Part shown: in pieces, positions 48,593 to 60,965 of the stretch
How the letters are laid out: every line of letters starts with the position of its first letter
How positions within the stretch are numbered: position 1 is the first letter of the stretch
From: Zygnema circumcarinatum SAG 698-1b
Lineage: Eukaryota > Plantae > Zygnematophyceae
Assembly: GCA_037447605.1 (NCBI GenBank)
Contig: CM074819.1
Location: 1,386,297-1,450,296 of the forward strand
Direction of reading: 5' to 3'
DNA length: 64,000 nt
Position numbers and translations under genes: made by a program
Notes under the pieces: model-generated
What the model saw: only the letters and a program-made list of their open reading frames with translations
Told to the model about the DNA's origin: nothing
Database searches by the model: none

Positions 48593-51500
48593 CCCCTCAA
48601 CATCTGAAACCCTATGGCCCTACAGGCCTGACCCCCCCTTTGTGTTCCCATGTCGGCAGTGTGACTTGGTCCCCTCGTGGGTGACGAAGGGATGGCTTCG
48701 AACTCTCTCGCGCGAATATCCGACATTGGCGTTCCATGCATCTGTTACAAATCCGTTCGGGAAAGTGAGTATTTCTAAGTGCTCGTCTCTCTCTCTATCT
48801 CTCTCTCCCTCTCTCTCTCTCTCTTCTTCCTTGTACTTTAGAACTGGAAATTTGTACGAACCCCTTCAACACCCCTATCCCCCACCCCCCTTGAACCCTA
48901 CAACCCCCAAACCCCAAACCCTTGAAAACCCTAACGCTTAGCCCCCGTGACACGTGGCACGCGTGCAGGGGTCCCTCCTCTCCCTCCTCCGCCAGCTGGC
49001 ACGTCTGAAGACGGACAAGCAGGCCATATCGGTGGGCTTCGTGGGGTATCCGAACGTGGGCAAGTCCTCCGTCATCAACACGCTGCGGACCAAGAAGGTA
49101 AAGCGAGGGGAGGGGGGAGGGGGAGAGGAGAGGGGGGAGAGGGGGAGGGGAGGGAGGGAGGGAGGGGGAGGGGAGGGGAGAGGGGAGGGGGGAGGAGGGA
49201 GGGTGGGGGGAGGGAGGAGGGAGAGAGGGGAGGGAGGGAGGGAGGGAGGGGAGGGAGGGAGGGAGGGAGGGAGGGAGGGTGTAGGGTTCAGGGTTTAAGG
49301 TTCGAGTGAAAGGTTCAGGGTCTGTGGTTTGGGGTTTTAGGGTTTCCGTGTTACGGCGAGAAAGAGAGCTACGGAGAGAGCTCAAAACATTAAACTCTAA
49401 AACCTTAAACACTTAACCATTAACTCTAAAGCCTAACCCTCAGCCTAATTTAATGTCTAAACTTTAATCCTGAAACCAAAGCCGTATAAATCCTACGCCC
49501 TAAATCCGAAACCCTAATCTCTAAACCCTGAAACCCTAACCCCTAAATGTCAAACCCTTAACCCGAAGCCTTCAAACCCAAAGCCCTAACCCCTACAGCC
49601 TATATCTTAAACCTTGAATCCTAATCCCTAAGCCCTACACCCCACACCACTTACTCTTTGAACCCTAAACCTTAGACCCTAGACGCTAGACCCTAAACTC
49701 TAAACGCAAACCCTTAACCCAAACACTAAACCTTAAACCCTACATCCTAAACCCTAGACCCTAAAGCCTAACCTTAGACCTTAGACCCTAAAGGTCTTTA
49801 AACCCTAGACCGTAGACCCTTAACCCTAGATCCTAGACCCTGGACCCTAAATCCTAGACACTAAACCCTAGACCCTAGACCCTAGACCCTAAAATCCTAG
49901 ACCCTAAACCGTAGACCTTAATCTCTAGACCCTAAACCTTAGCCCTAGACCCTAAACCCTAGACCCTAAACCTTAGACCCTAGACCCTAAACCCTACACC
50001 CTAGACGGTAAACCCTAGACCCTAAATCCTAGACACTAAACCCTAGATCCTAGACCCTAAAATCCTAGACCCTAAACCCTAAACCCTAAACCGTAGACCT
50101 TAATCTCTAGACCCTAAACCTTACCCTAGACCCTAAACCCTAAACCCTAGACCTTAAACCCTAGGCCCTAGACCCTAAACCCTAGCCCCTAGACCCGCAG
50201 GTGTGCAAGGTGGCGCCGATTCCGGGCGAGACGAAGGTGTGGCAGTACATCACGCTGATGCGGCGCATCTTCCTCATCGACTGCCCGGGAGTGGTCTATC
50301 AGGGGACGAGGGACGACGACACGGCCATTGTGCTGAAGGGAGTGGTGCGCCCTCACTCTCTCTCTCTCTCCCTCTCTCTCACAGACACACAGGGGATAGG
50401 AGAAGAGGGGGGGGGAGTAGGCGGAAAGGGACAGGGAAGGGAGGGGCAAGGCGAGGGGGGTGAGGGGAGGGAGGACAAGACAGGGGTTAAAAGAGAGAGA
50501 TAGAGAGAAAGGGAGAGGAAACGTATTTCCTTTTAATTCTTTTTTTTTTCTTACAAAATCGATTGTGTTGGAAATGGAGAGCAGGTGAGAGTTGGCAACT
50601 TGGAGGATGCAACGGAGCACATTGGTGAAGTGTTGCAGCGAGTCAAGAAGGAGTACCTCACAAGAGCCTACCACATCCAAAGTTGGTAAGAGGACAAACT
50701 TAGGTGGCACTACCATTCATGGCCTGAATTCTCTCCCCAACCCTCTCTCTCCTTCAAAGATATAGAGAGAAAGGGATCACTCCCACCCCCTCCCCCCCAC
50801 CTTCAAAGATAGAGAGAGAGCTCTTCCCACCCCCTCCCCTTCGTCAAAGATAAAGAGAGAGAGGGGCACGAGATTTATCCTAGAATGACTGGGATTGTTT
50901 TTTTATTCTTTGGATGATCACTGTTAGTTCAACACTGGAAGAACATTCAGAAGAAGTACGATTTGATTCAACTTGAAATGAATTTCTTGTCTCCGTACTA
51001 ATTCTATACCACTTTTATGGATCTATACTCTCTTTCTCTCTTGCGAACATCAGAAACAGGCTCATATTTGGCTGTTACCTTGTCTGTTATACTTCGTGTC
51101 TTTTATTTTTGTTTTGGAAGCTCACTTTAATGGCGATTTGCTGCTGCAGGGAGGACTCCACTGACTTCCTCACGCAGCTGGCGAAGCAGGCGGGCAAGCT
51201 ATTGCGGGTGAATCTCCCACCCCCCCTCCAACCCCTTCCCTCTCCCCCTCTCCCTTGCTCCTTCTCTCTTCTCTCTCGTCTCTCTTTCCATATCTCACTC
51301 ACTATAGACCCCAAATCTGATGTTGCAATGTGAAGGGAGGTGAGCCGGACCTCCAAACGGTTGCGAAAATGGTCCTTCATGACTGGCAGAGGGGGAAGAT
51401 TCCCTTCTTCACTCCTCCTCCGCAGCAGGGAGAAGTGAAAGCTTCTGTTGCTGCTTTGGCAGCAACAGCAGAAGTTCCGGTAGAGGGAGAGGCAGTGGGA

Positions 51501-52226
51501 GAGGGAGGGGAGGGAGGGGAGGGAGAGGGAGGAGAGGGGCAGAATGCAGCAGTAGAGAGGGCACTGAAAGCAGCTCAGGCAGCCATGGCGGAGGCTGTAG
51601 CGAAACAGCAGAAGGCGAAGGTACCCGTTCAGAGAGACTTCTACGATGAAGAAGATGAGAGAGCGGAGGATGAGGGAGAGGAGGGAGAGGGAGAGGAGAG
51701 AGAGGGAGATAGTGAAGGAGGTGATGGGGAAGATGAAGATGAGGAAGACGGAGAAGAAGAGCAACAAGCGGAGAGTGCTTCGCTTGATAGTGGAGACGAG
51801 GGAGAGGAGGAGAGGGGAGGTGTGGGTGCGGGCGAGAGCGGTGCTCCTGTCAATGATGCCCAAAAGGCTCAAACCTTAAAAGGGATCGAAAGTAGGGAGG
51901 GGGAAGACGCTGAGAGTGAGGAGGAGCTAACTTGGGATGAGGTCTTGAAGAGTGTTCAGGCGCAGATGGGCATTGAAGAGAAACCGAGTACTTCAGGGAG
52001 AGAGAGTGGGAGAGAGAGGGAGGAGGGCGGGAGGGAGAGGAGGGAGGGAGCGAGGAAGAGGGAGAGGGCGGAGCCGGAATACCAGGAAGAGGAGAGAGAG
52101 CAGAAGAAGTTGAAGATGACGGAGAGGAAGCGGGAGTGGAGCGGTTCGAAGAAGAGGAAACCGGGGGTTCAGACCGAGAGGATTCAAAAGCCGCAAGGGC
52201 TTAAGAGAAAGAAGGGAAACAGATAG
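45517..52226 (+). CDS. NOG2: Nucleolar GTP-binding protein 2 (circularly permuted GTPase, NOG2/GNL2/NUG2)
   Basis: Eleven exons. NGP1NT region ([52 protein letters not shown]); G4 LNKCD; G1 GYPNVGKSS; G2 PGETK; G3 DCPG; [10 protein letters not shown]; acidic/basic tail ending 52226. Confidence 0.96.
47695..47812. repeat. Telomere-like (CCCTAAA/CCCTATA) array in NOG2 intron
   Basis: Tandem aaaccct-type 7-mers just before the acceptor. Confidence 0.85.
48491..48545. repeat. (CATCT)11 microsatellite in NOG2 intron
   Basis: Perfect pentanucleotide run followed by (CT)n. Confidence 0.95.
49400..50192. repeat. ~800-bp telomere-like array (CCCTAAA grading into CCCTAGA) in NOG2 intron
   Basis: Degenerate 7-mers; CCCTAGA dominates from about 49670 up to the acceptor at 50200. 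Confidence 0.9.
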
Positions 52227-53094
52227 AGAGAGAGGGAGAGAGAGGGGAAGAGAGCGAGAAAAGGGGAGCAGAGAGGGAAGGAGTGATAACGAAGTGGTTG
52301 TGCGTTGTGGATGAAACTGTAAGTGTTGTTGATTTAAGTGGTGAGAGACTCTTACCACTTAATAGAGAATTTCAATGTTTTTCCTGTGAAGGTTTTCTTT
52401 GTTTGAGATGGATGGTGAGAGAAAACTTTGTGTATAGAGCACTTGAACGGAATGCAATGGTGAAGTGTACACCGTAGTTGTAGCACGTGAATGGCCATGT
52501 CTTGTTGCATGCTGGTCATGGACATCCCCATGGAAGTCTACAAGCTGACCTCGTACAGGTTACAATACCGTACCGTCCCTTACAATACCACATGTCAGAC
52601 AACAGGGCAGCCCTGCGGAGAAGTAGAAAGTAAGCGCTTCCCAACATTAGTAACCGCAGAAAGTCCCCTTCACAAGGCCACAAACGAGTTCAAAACCAGC
52701 AATACTGCTTAAAGGTCTGCTCCGAAAAGGCCGTATAGTATTGCAAAAACTAAAAACAAAAAAAGAGCCAAAGCCCCTCACAATCGTAGTTCTTGAACTC
52801 CTGTACTGTACATACAAATCTTCACATGCAGAAAATTCGCCCTTCATGTTTTGGATAATACTAAGACAAATCTGACTGAGGTGAAGTTCACGTTAACGAT
52901 AAACTCCAAACGGCCGGTCGGTCGATCAGTCTCGGTCTCCGTCTCCCGTCCGGCTCTATCTCCCGTCGGTCTATATCTCGCGGTCTCCCTGCCTCTTTTT
53001 CTTCAAATTCCAATTGAAAATTTTATCCCGCTCTGGCAAGATCTTCGACGCAACCCTTCTCCTTACTAAGCACTTCCTCTCGTTGAAGTTCTCC

Positions 53095-54180
53095 TTAACC
53101 TTCAGAGCTTCCTCCAACAGTTTGCTTATCGGACGCGGGAGGACATGTAGGAGTTAAGTCCGCATTCTCATTTTCTTCATCGCTCTTTGAAGAACCTTCG
53201 ACTCCTGAAGAAGAGTCTCCAGAATTGTTCCTCTCACCCTCTCCCTCTTCTTCCTCATCGTCATCCTCGTCGTCGTCATCATCCACAGTTTCCAGCATCT
53301 CCCTGAATTCGCCATAGAAACACCCAACCGTTAATGAGAAATTTCCACATAAAATTGTAAGCCTACATGAACTTTACTCCATCAAACTAAGGGTAAATCC
53401 CACGTGGATTGCCATATCATCCCAGAACCAGCAAGAACCAAACAGAAAAAAAATATAACAGAATCCATCAGAGCAACCATTCAAATCTGCAGAAGGTCCA
53501 ACGGCACCTTACCACAATCGGTTTTTTTTCTGGGGCGCAGCCTCCTCTTCCATTTTCCGCTTCCCGAGCGCCGCCGCCTGTTTCTTTGCTTCAATCAAAC
53601 CCACCTGCACAGCGCTGCTCACATTCTCCATCGCCAAATGACTCGCCTCCCTCAACCTGTCTAACTCTCGATCAGCCACATCCCTCTCCTTCGTCTCCCT
53701 CACCAACCTCTTTATATGCTCCTCCCCCGCCCTCTCCAGCTCCCTGTCCTTAGCTTCCGCTTTCCACTCCTTCAACTGCTTCTCTGCATTCACATGGCGC
53801 AGCCTCCTCCCACTCATATCCCTGCAAGCATCAAAATTACTTGTTTTTTTCTGCCCTGCCTTAGTTGCTGCACCTCTCAAAAGAGACCCAAATCCTCCCT
53901 TTCCTCCGACAAGACGCAGGAGAAGTGAGCATGTAGGGAAGTCTCCTGACTGATCTGCTGATAGAGTCTCTTCATCAGCGAGGTGATGAGACCCAAAAAG
54001 GAGTCTCTGAGCAGCTCTTGGAATTCCAGTTTTTCCTTCCAAGAGAGATTTCAGTTCTGCGCCTGAAACTGTAACGCTTGGCAGCTGCAAGGAAAGCGTT
54101 TTTCCATCAATATTGCGAACAAGAAGCTGGGATCGAAGCATGGAACCGATTGAATAATTTGATGATGATGCTGGAGCCAT
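53095..54180 (-). CDS. SDE2: SDE2-like protein (ubiquitin-like N-terminus, GG|KGG cleavage site)
   Basis: Exon about 53514-54180 with UBL fold and [16 protein letters not shown]...[17 protein letters not shown]. Second exon about 53095-53302 is acidic and ends in TAA. A further 3' exon cannot be excluded. Confidence 0.88.
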
Positions 54181-54490
54181 GGCAGCAAAAGCTTGACGCT
54201 GCGATGAGCTAACCCTAAAAAAGGACCCTAACCCTACTATCGGCCTTTCCGGTTTAGAAGGAAAAACCGGAGAGGTTGAACGAGCAGGATAAGACGTAAC
54301 CCTAGGGGAAGGAAAGAGGTGAGATTACTGAGAGAGAGAGGAAATTGAGAGGAGAGAAGAGGCTAGACGACAGAAACGACAGGCGGGAGATATAGAAAGA
54401 TAGAGGGAACACGAGAGAGAAAGAGGAAAGAGAACGGAAGGAAGGAGAAGAGAGAGGGGAGAGGACGAGGGAGAGAAGAGAGAGAGAGAG

Positions 54491-54572
<82 letters not shown>

Positions 54573-54974
54573 CGGACGAAGAGAAGAGAGAGATATCTGA
54601 GCAGGGAGAAAGAGGGACGGAGGGGTAGCGCCCTGCCTTCTCCGCAACCCTAATTGCCCCTTTGCAAGGACGCACGGCCTCGTACACCCGCCTGCGATAA
54701 CAGAGACTGCCCGTTCCATGACTTTCCGTTCCGTTTCGTCCCGTCCCGTTCTATATCACGCGAACGCGCGCTGTTGCAGTTACTGTTGAGTGTTCGCCAT
54801 GTGACCGACTGGATTTCTGCCGGGCCACGCATAGCATGGAAACTGTCAAAGCTTTTACTGAAGTCGGCAGGTCAGCGGTTCGATTCCTGAGGCAAGCGCA
54901 CAAAACCATACAGTATGCGCGTCTTGCCCTATCTCCGATATCCTAAAGTCGGGCCGAGGACGATATTAGCGAAT

Positions 54975-56193
54975 GGAACTGAAAACGGTAATATCGAATG
55001 AAACTGAACACGATAATATTGAATCGGACTGCTGCCAATAATATCTAATGGAAGTGAACACGATAGTATCGAATAGGACCAAGGACGATATCATTCAATG
55101 GAGCTGGACCATCGATCGGACCGTGGACGATAATATGGAATAAAATTTGAGCATGATAGTATCGAATCGGACTGATGACGATAATATCCAATGGAACTGA
55201 GTAAGATAATATCGAATCGGACCGAAAACGATAATATTCAATGGAACTGTACACGATAGTATCGTATTGGACCGAGGCGAATGTTATCTAATGGAACTGG
55301 ACACGATAATATTAGCACAATAGTATTGAATCGAACCGAGCACTATAGTATTGAATCGAACCGAGCACAATAGTATTGAATCGAACCGAGCACTATAGTA
55401 CTGAATCGAACCGAGTACAATAGTATTGAATCGAACCGAGCACTATAGTACTGAATCGAACCGAGCACAATAGTATTGAATCGAACCGAGCACTATAGTA
55501 CTGAATCGAACCGAGAACAATAGTATTGAATCGAACCGAGGACTATAGTACTGAATCGAACCGAGCACAATAGTATTGAATCGAACCGAGCACTATAGTA
55601 CTGAATCGAACCGAGCACAATAGTATTGAATCGAACCGAGCACTATAGTACTGAATCGAACCGAGAACAATAGTATTGAATCGAACCGAGGACTATAGTA
55701 CTGAATCGAACCGAGCACAATAGTACTGAATCGAACCGAGAACGATAGTATTGAATCGAACTGAGAACGATAGTACTGAATCGAACCGAGCACGATAGTA
55801 TTGAATCGAACTGAGCACGATAGTACTGAATCGAACCGAGCACGATAGTATTGAATCGAACTGAGCACGATAGTATTGAATCGAACCGATCACGATAGTA
55901 TTGAATCGAACTGAGCACGATAGTACTGAATCGAACCGAGCACGATAGTATTGAATCGAACTGAGCACGATAGTATTGAATCGAACCGAGCACGATAGTA
56001 TTGAATCGAACCGAGCACGATAGTATTGAATCGAACCGAGCACGATAGTATTGAATCGAACCGAGTACGATAGTATTGAATCGAACCGAGCACGATAGTA
56101 TTGAATCGAACCGAGCACGATAATATTGAATCGAACCGAGCACGATAATATTGAATCGAACTGAGCACGATAGTATTGAATCGAACTGAGCAC
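54975..56193. repeat. 25-bp minisatellite (GCACGATAGTATTGAATCGAACCGA), about 35 clean units plus a degenerate 5' flank
   Basis: Clean period of 25 from 55314 to 56193, with alternating A/B variants in the first half. Confidence 0.95.
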
Positions 56194-56242
56194 GAAACTG
56201 CGTTTGTAGTCGAGTGATGCTCGCAAGAAGGCGCGCACCGCC

Positions 56243-56485
56243 TCAACAACAACAGCAACAAGACGAGTCACGAACTTTGCCGACACTTAACAGAGGGAGG
56301 AGGATGTGGCAAAAACAGCGCGATTTGGGGTTACATCCCATGAACTGCAAAATGTGGGGATGGTGCAACGGCTTTAAATCCCTCACCTCATCCTCAAGCT
56401 TTTCTAGGGGACTGCCTTCATTCAGCCTCTTGACTGTCCCAGGGTTGTTGTCCAGCATACCTTTGTAAACTGATCCAAAGCTCTT
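56243..56485 (-). pseudogene. RLK/Pelle kinase N-lobe fragment
   Basis: SFGSVYKGMLDNNPGTVKRLNEGSPLEKLEDEVRDLKPLHHPHILQFMGC (subdomains I-IV), then decays. Confidence 0.7.
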
Positions 56486-56559
56486 TGTTTGAGCAGGTTT
56501 GTCGTAAAGAAGTTCTTAGTGATCTTCCCCGTACGGCTTTTTGAAAAGAAGTCCACCTT

Positions 56560-56780
56560 CTTTAAAAGCCTTGTGAGGGAGATCATTGATAACTTCTCTG
56601 AGAGAAACTTGCTCGGACGAGGAGGCTTTGGACCAGTCTATAAAGGCATGCAACCTTGGACAACAACCCTTTGGCAATAAAGAGGTTGAATAAAAGCAGT
56701 CTCCTGAAGTTGCTTGAGGATAAGGTGGGGGCTTTAAGCCGGCTGCGCCATCCTCGCATTTTTGTAGTTTATGGGATGGC
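56560..56780 (+). pseudogene. RLK/Pelle kinase N-lobe fragment with frameshift
   Basis: IIDNFSERNLLGRGGFGPVYKG / frameshift / LDNNPLAIKRLNKSSLLKLLEDKVGALSRLRHPRIFVVYG. Confidence 0.75.
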
Positions 56781-58053
56781 GCCTAGTTTATGCATGCGCA
56801 AATTTACCTATCGTGATTGACTTGCTTGCCCTGCCGGGACAAAGTATGTTTCGGCTACAGATTGAGAAGAGATTTGATCCGTCCCTTAGTTAAAATATTG
56901 CCTTAAAATGCAAAAGATCTTATCAAAACCCGAGTCCGTGGACCTTAAGTTTTTGCCTGGATCCATTTACTTATGCATTTCCGACAAGCAGCCGCAACGG
57001 TCGCCGATGTGCGGCACATCGCGCGGAGCGAGGGAGGGAGGGAGGGAGGGAGGGAGGGAGGGAGGGAAGGAGGGAGGGAGGGAGGGAGAGAAGGAGGGAG
57101 GGAGGGAGCAGAAGGCCACTGCCACACCGGTCCTCTTGCTCTGTCCTCTTGCTTGCACGAGAGTGACGAACTTAGGTTGCTCAGCCTTTTACAGCTGATG
57201 CGTGGATGGACCAAGGGGAATTGAACTAGGCAGAGAAGAGAAGGCTAAGACGACGTTTCGCATGACGGATGTGGAGTCCGCTGAGGAGAGCTGTTCTTCT
57301 ACGACCTGCGTCTGAGTGCAGGCCCTCCCTCTGCTTGTTGCAAGTTCTCAAATGTGGTCGCCATTGTCAACCCGTCCCGTTCAGGGTTTCATCCAACTGT
57401 GCTGCTCACTACCTGCAACGTTCTGCTTTTCCATTGATAGCTAGCGATGCTGCAGTTATGAAATATCTTCAACAACTCTCTCCGTGTTCTGTGAGGTAAT
57501 CTCTGCTCTATTGAATGATGATGCTGCAGGTGGTGGTCGTCCGCACTCTGCACTCTGTGGCTTGTCCAAAAAATAAAATAACTTACCTATAAAATTCATA
57601 ATGTGATGTCCTGCAAAGAGGCGACCATGGTACCAACCGCGCTTGAGCTACGCTGAGCTGTGCTGCCTGAGGGCGATGAAGTGGTGATGCGTTTTGAATG
57701 ATTAAAAAAAATCAAAAAAATAAAAATGAATGATAAAATCAAGCCAATAGAAAGGATTGCCAATTCAGGCTTTTCATCAAACGGTCACCCTCTGACTTTT
57801 CAGGCATACTAGAAAAAAAATTCTCTACCTTGAACCTGAACTCTAAACCCTAAACCCAAAAAATCATACTTGCTGTATCCGAACGAACCCCCCCTCCCAA
57901 AAACATTATTCACCCCCATCACAAATTTCCATAATTCCTAGAAGGCGAACCCAATACATCCTGACAACAAGGAAACTCTAAATCTGTCAGGACTTATTCC
58001 TTTTGAGCCTTCCCTAAACCCTAAAGACCCTGAAGCCTCTGAACCCTAATTTT

Positions 58054-60485
58054 TCAATCAGCCCGTTTTGATCGTTTGCTACTGCTATCTCCGCCTTTCT
58101 TCTTCCCATATTGGCGGCGGTGGAAACTAATAAATAGCAAAAGCAGTGTTATATTGAAGGAGACGTTGAAGAGCCATGAGCCCATGCCCGCACATCCGGA
58201 ACGGAAAAAATAGAGCCATAGAAAGGGGATAGACATTGTAAAACTGAACAGGAACTGCACGGCGTTGTTGACATGGAAACAGAGAGAGAGGCAAGGAAAA
58301 CAAGGCATTCGAGTGAGCCTAATGGACCAGAAACAACAAAGAAAGTTCATAGAGGCTCTAATTGTTCGCTTTTGTTGTTTAGGGTAGAGGTAAGGTAGAG
58401 GTGGCGAGAGAGAGGGTTTTTACGAGAAGGGGAGGGAGGGAGGGAGGGAGGGAGGGAGAGAGAGAGAGAGAGAGAGGTGCGGGTAAGGTGAAACAACGAG
58501 ACAACAAAGAAAAAACTGCCGGTGAGAGAGGCCCTTGAGATATGAGAAAGAAAAGAGGTGAGAGTGAAAATGAGAGGCACATGATAAAGATGTGAGAGAG
58601 GAATGAGAGACGAACGAACAGGCGTTGCATCAGAGTGAGTTGACGAGCCGGAGGAGGGAGAGAGAGAGTGAGTGAGTGAGAGAGAGGGGGAGCGAGAAAG
58701 TGGGAAGTCAACACGCAAGGCATCCACATTGACTATAAAAATCTTTTCAAGAACTCTTCAAAAGCGAAGCGAGAACCAAAAAGGAAATATACTTCATTCC
58801 GACCAAATAAGTGTTCGAAGCCCACCTGAACAATTTGGCTGTTGGTCACAAATTTTCGCCAGGGGGGTGGCATGCCCATACTGAAAAATTCATAAGAAAA
58901 AATCTCAGCGATAGAACAAAACAGCACAGGGGAAAAGGTCATTGAAGCAATAAAGAAGGGAAGAATGAGTGTGAGTTCACCTGTGCATAAAGTAATAGAA
59001 GTACATAAGTACATGGATCCCTGTATTGGTGAGAAGTCCCAATGTTTGGAGCGATTGTTGATCCTGCACTCAACAGCATAGAAGGGGAGAAAGAGAGAGA
59101 GAGAAAGAAAGAGAGAGAAGAGAGGGAGAGGGAGAAAGACAGAAGTTAAAGAAAGAGGCAAGAAAGTAGAAAGCCCACAGAAAAAAGCACACAATGGAAA
59201 GAGTAGGAAGGAGGGTTGGGAGAGGGGAAGGAAAGATATGAGAGCGTAGCGGTTCTTGGAGAAAGCGAGAGAGGAAAGTGGGGGGCAAGAAGACGAGAGG
59301 GGNNNNNNNNNNGGGAGGGGGAGGGGGAGGGCGAGGTATAGGGAGGGGAAGAGGGAGAGGAAGCAAAGGGGTCCGAGCTTACCTCGAGCCAGAGGTAGCA
59401 CATGAGCATGACAAGACAGTGGTGATAGACGTGCAGGAAATTGAGCTGCTTCTTCTTCAGCACGAGAATGACGGTATCCAGGAGCTCGTAGAACTTGCTC
59501 AAGTAGTAAATGTATGACCAGAAGAAAGTGCGGCCCATGGGCTTTGTGCCGGGCGGCAGGCAGAACAGCCACGTGTACTTACCCTGACAAAAAAAAAAAA
59601 AAATTCCCTACGATGAAAGAGATTAAAACCCAATCCCCACCCTATAATGTCTCTGCGCCCTGAAGCCCGAATTGAACCCTAAACTGTACCTCGCAATATG
59701 CCCTTTCCTAACCCTAATCCTAACCCTAAACCCTCAATTCGGCCACAGTCTAACACTTCACCCCAGTCTGAAACCACACCCTGCAGCCCAAAACCTGAAC
59801 CTTTTATCCGATCTACTACCCACATTGCTTTGACAGAACCATTAGCCTCAACTTAGTCATAATCAACCTCAAAAGTTTACCTAGCTCGAAGCCTAAATCC
59901 GCCTGAACTCTGAAGCGTCACCTCCCGGCATCCTAAAAAGTGAACCTTTACCCAGACCTCATTCCCTCTGAACATCCTGAACCTCCCGCTACGTCCAAAA
60001 ACCGAACCCTAACTCTAACCCTAACCCTAACCCTAACCCTAACCCTAACCCTAACCCTAACCCTAACCCTAACCCTAACCCTAACCCTAACCCTAACCCT
60101 AACCCTAACCCTAACTCTAGCCCTAACCCTAATCTACTCCCAACCCTAAAAAAAAGCCTCATGATCTGACCTCACTCCCCCACATCCACGCATTCTCCCG
60201 CGAGTCCACCAGCACCGCCTGTAGCGCTCCCAGAAACATGGCGAGCGAGCCGAGGCAGAGCACGAGGTTGTGCAGAGCGGGGAGAGGGTTCAGGGCCAGC
60301 GGCTTGCGCGCTGCGAGCAGGCGCTGCAGCAGCCAGATCACGGCGAGGTAGCCGGCCATGGCGGCCACGATGAAGGTGGAGCTGGAGCATGGCGTGCGGC
60401 CGTGCTCCCACGCAAAGGAGCGCACGAGGGGCTCGTGCTGGGGCCATTCCCACACGGAGGTGGAGGAGGAGGAGGTGGCCGCCAT
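58054..60485 (-). CDS. ELO/GNS1/SUR4-family very-long-chain fatty acid elongase (HOS3-like)
   Basis: Exons 60171-60485, about 59383-59583, 58982-59064, 58826-58880, 58054-58254. Motifs: SKFYELLDT, LHVYHH His box, HVLMYFYY, KFVTNSQIVQF, Lys-rich C-terminus. Confidence 0.93.
60005..60132. repeat. (AACCCT)n = TTAGGG-type telomeric array in ELO intron 1
   Basis: About 16 perfect hexamers (60017-60112) plus variant flanks. Confidence 0.95.
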
Positions 60486-60619
60486 GGATGAGAGCTTGCC
60501 TGGTCTGCGTCAGAGTGAAAGGGGGCCCTTCTGTGGGAGGCAATTTCTCAGCCTGTTCGGTTTTACGGAGTTCCATGTACGGACGAATCCCGTAAAGTCG
60601 AACTGCCAACGAAACTGCT

Positions 60620-60672
60620 AACGGAACGGTCAATGACACTGCTAACGGGAATGCCAACGGAGTTGCCAACGG
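60620..60672. promoter_or_regulatory. Cluster of five AACGG (MSA/MYB3R-like) motifs upstream of the elongase
   Basis: AACGG at 60620, 60625, 60644, 60656 and 60668, 135-190 bp from the ATG. Confidence 0.45.
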
Positions 60673-60874
60673 CACTGCTCGCAAGGGAGGGAGCACGTGC
60701 CCGTGCTTCGGACCTTTTTTTGTTCCCCGTTTGCCACCATGTCGACGCCAAGTAATAATAATAACAGCTCGAGGCAGGGGCTAAGTGATTTTCGTTTGAC
60801 TAACGTTGACTTGAATCTTACGAGTATCGAATTTTTGGTGGTTCGAGAATTTCTTAACTCTGTCTCGCCCTAAG

Positions 60875-60965
60875 CCAGCTCCTCGTGGTTCCACATGATG
60901 CTGATGTTGTCCATGTACATGTGATGGCATGCATCATCGCCATCGTGAGACCAATGCCACATCCC
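60875..60965 (-). repeat. Dispersed ~90-bp repeat copy
   Basis: Reverse complement GGGATGTGGCATTGGTCTCACGATGGCGATGATGCATGCCATC...GGAACCACGAGG. Confidence 0.75.

Noticed and set aside
54825-54900. tRNA gene
   Set aside because: B-box present, but the T-stem, acceptor stem and anticodon arm do not pair.
55314-56193. CRISPR-like appearance of the 25-bp array
   Set aside because: Units are head-to-tail with no unique spacers, there are no cas genes, and the context is eukaryotic.
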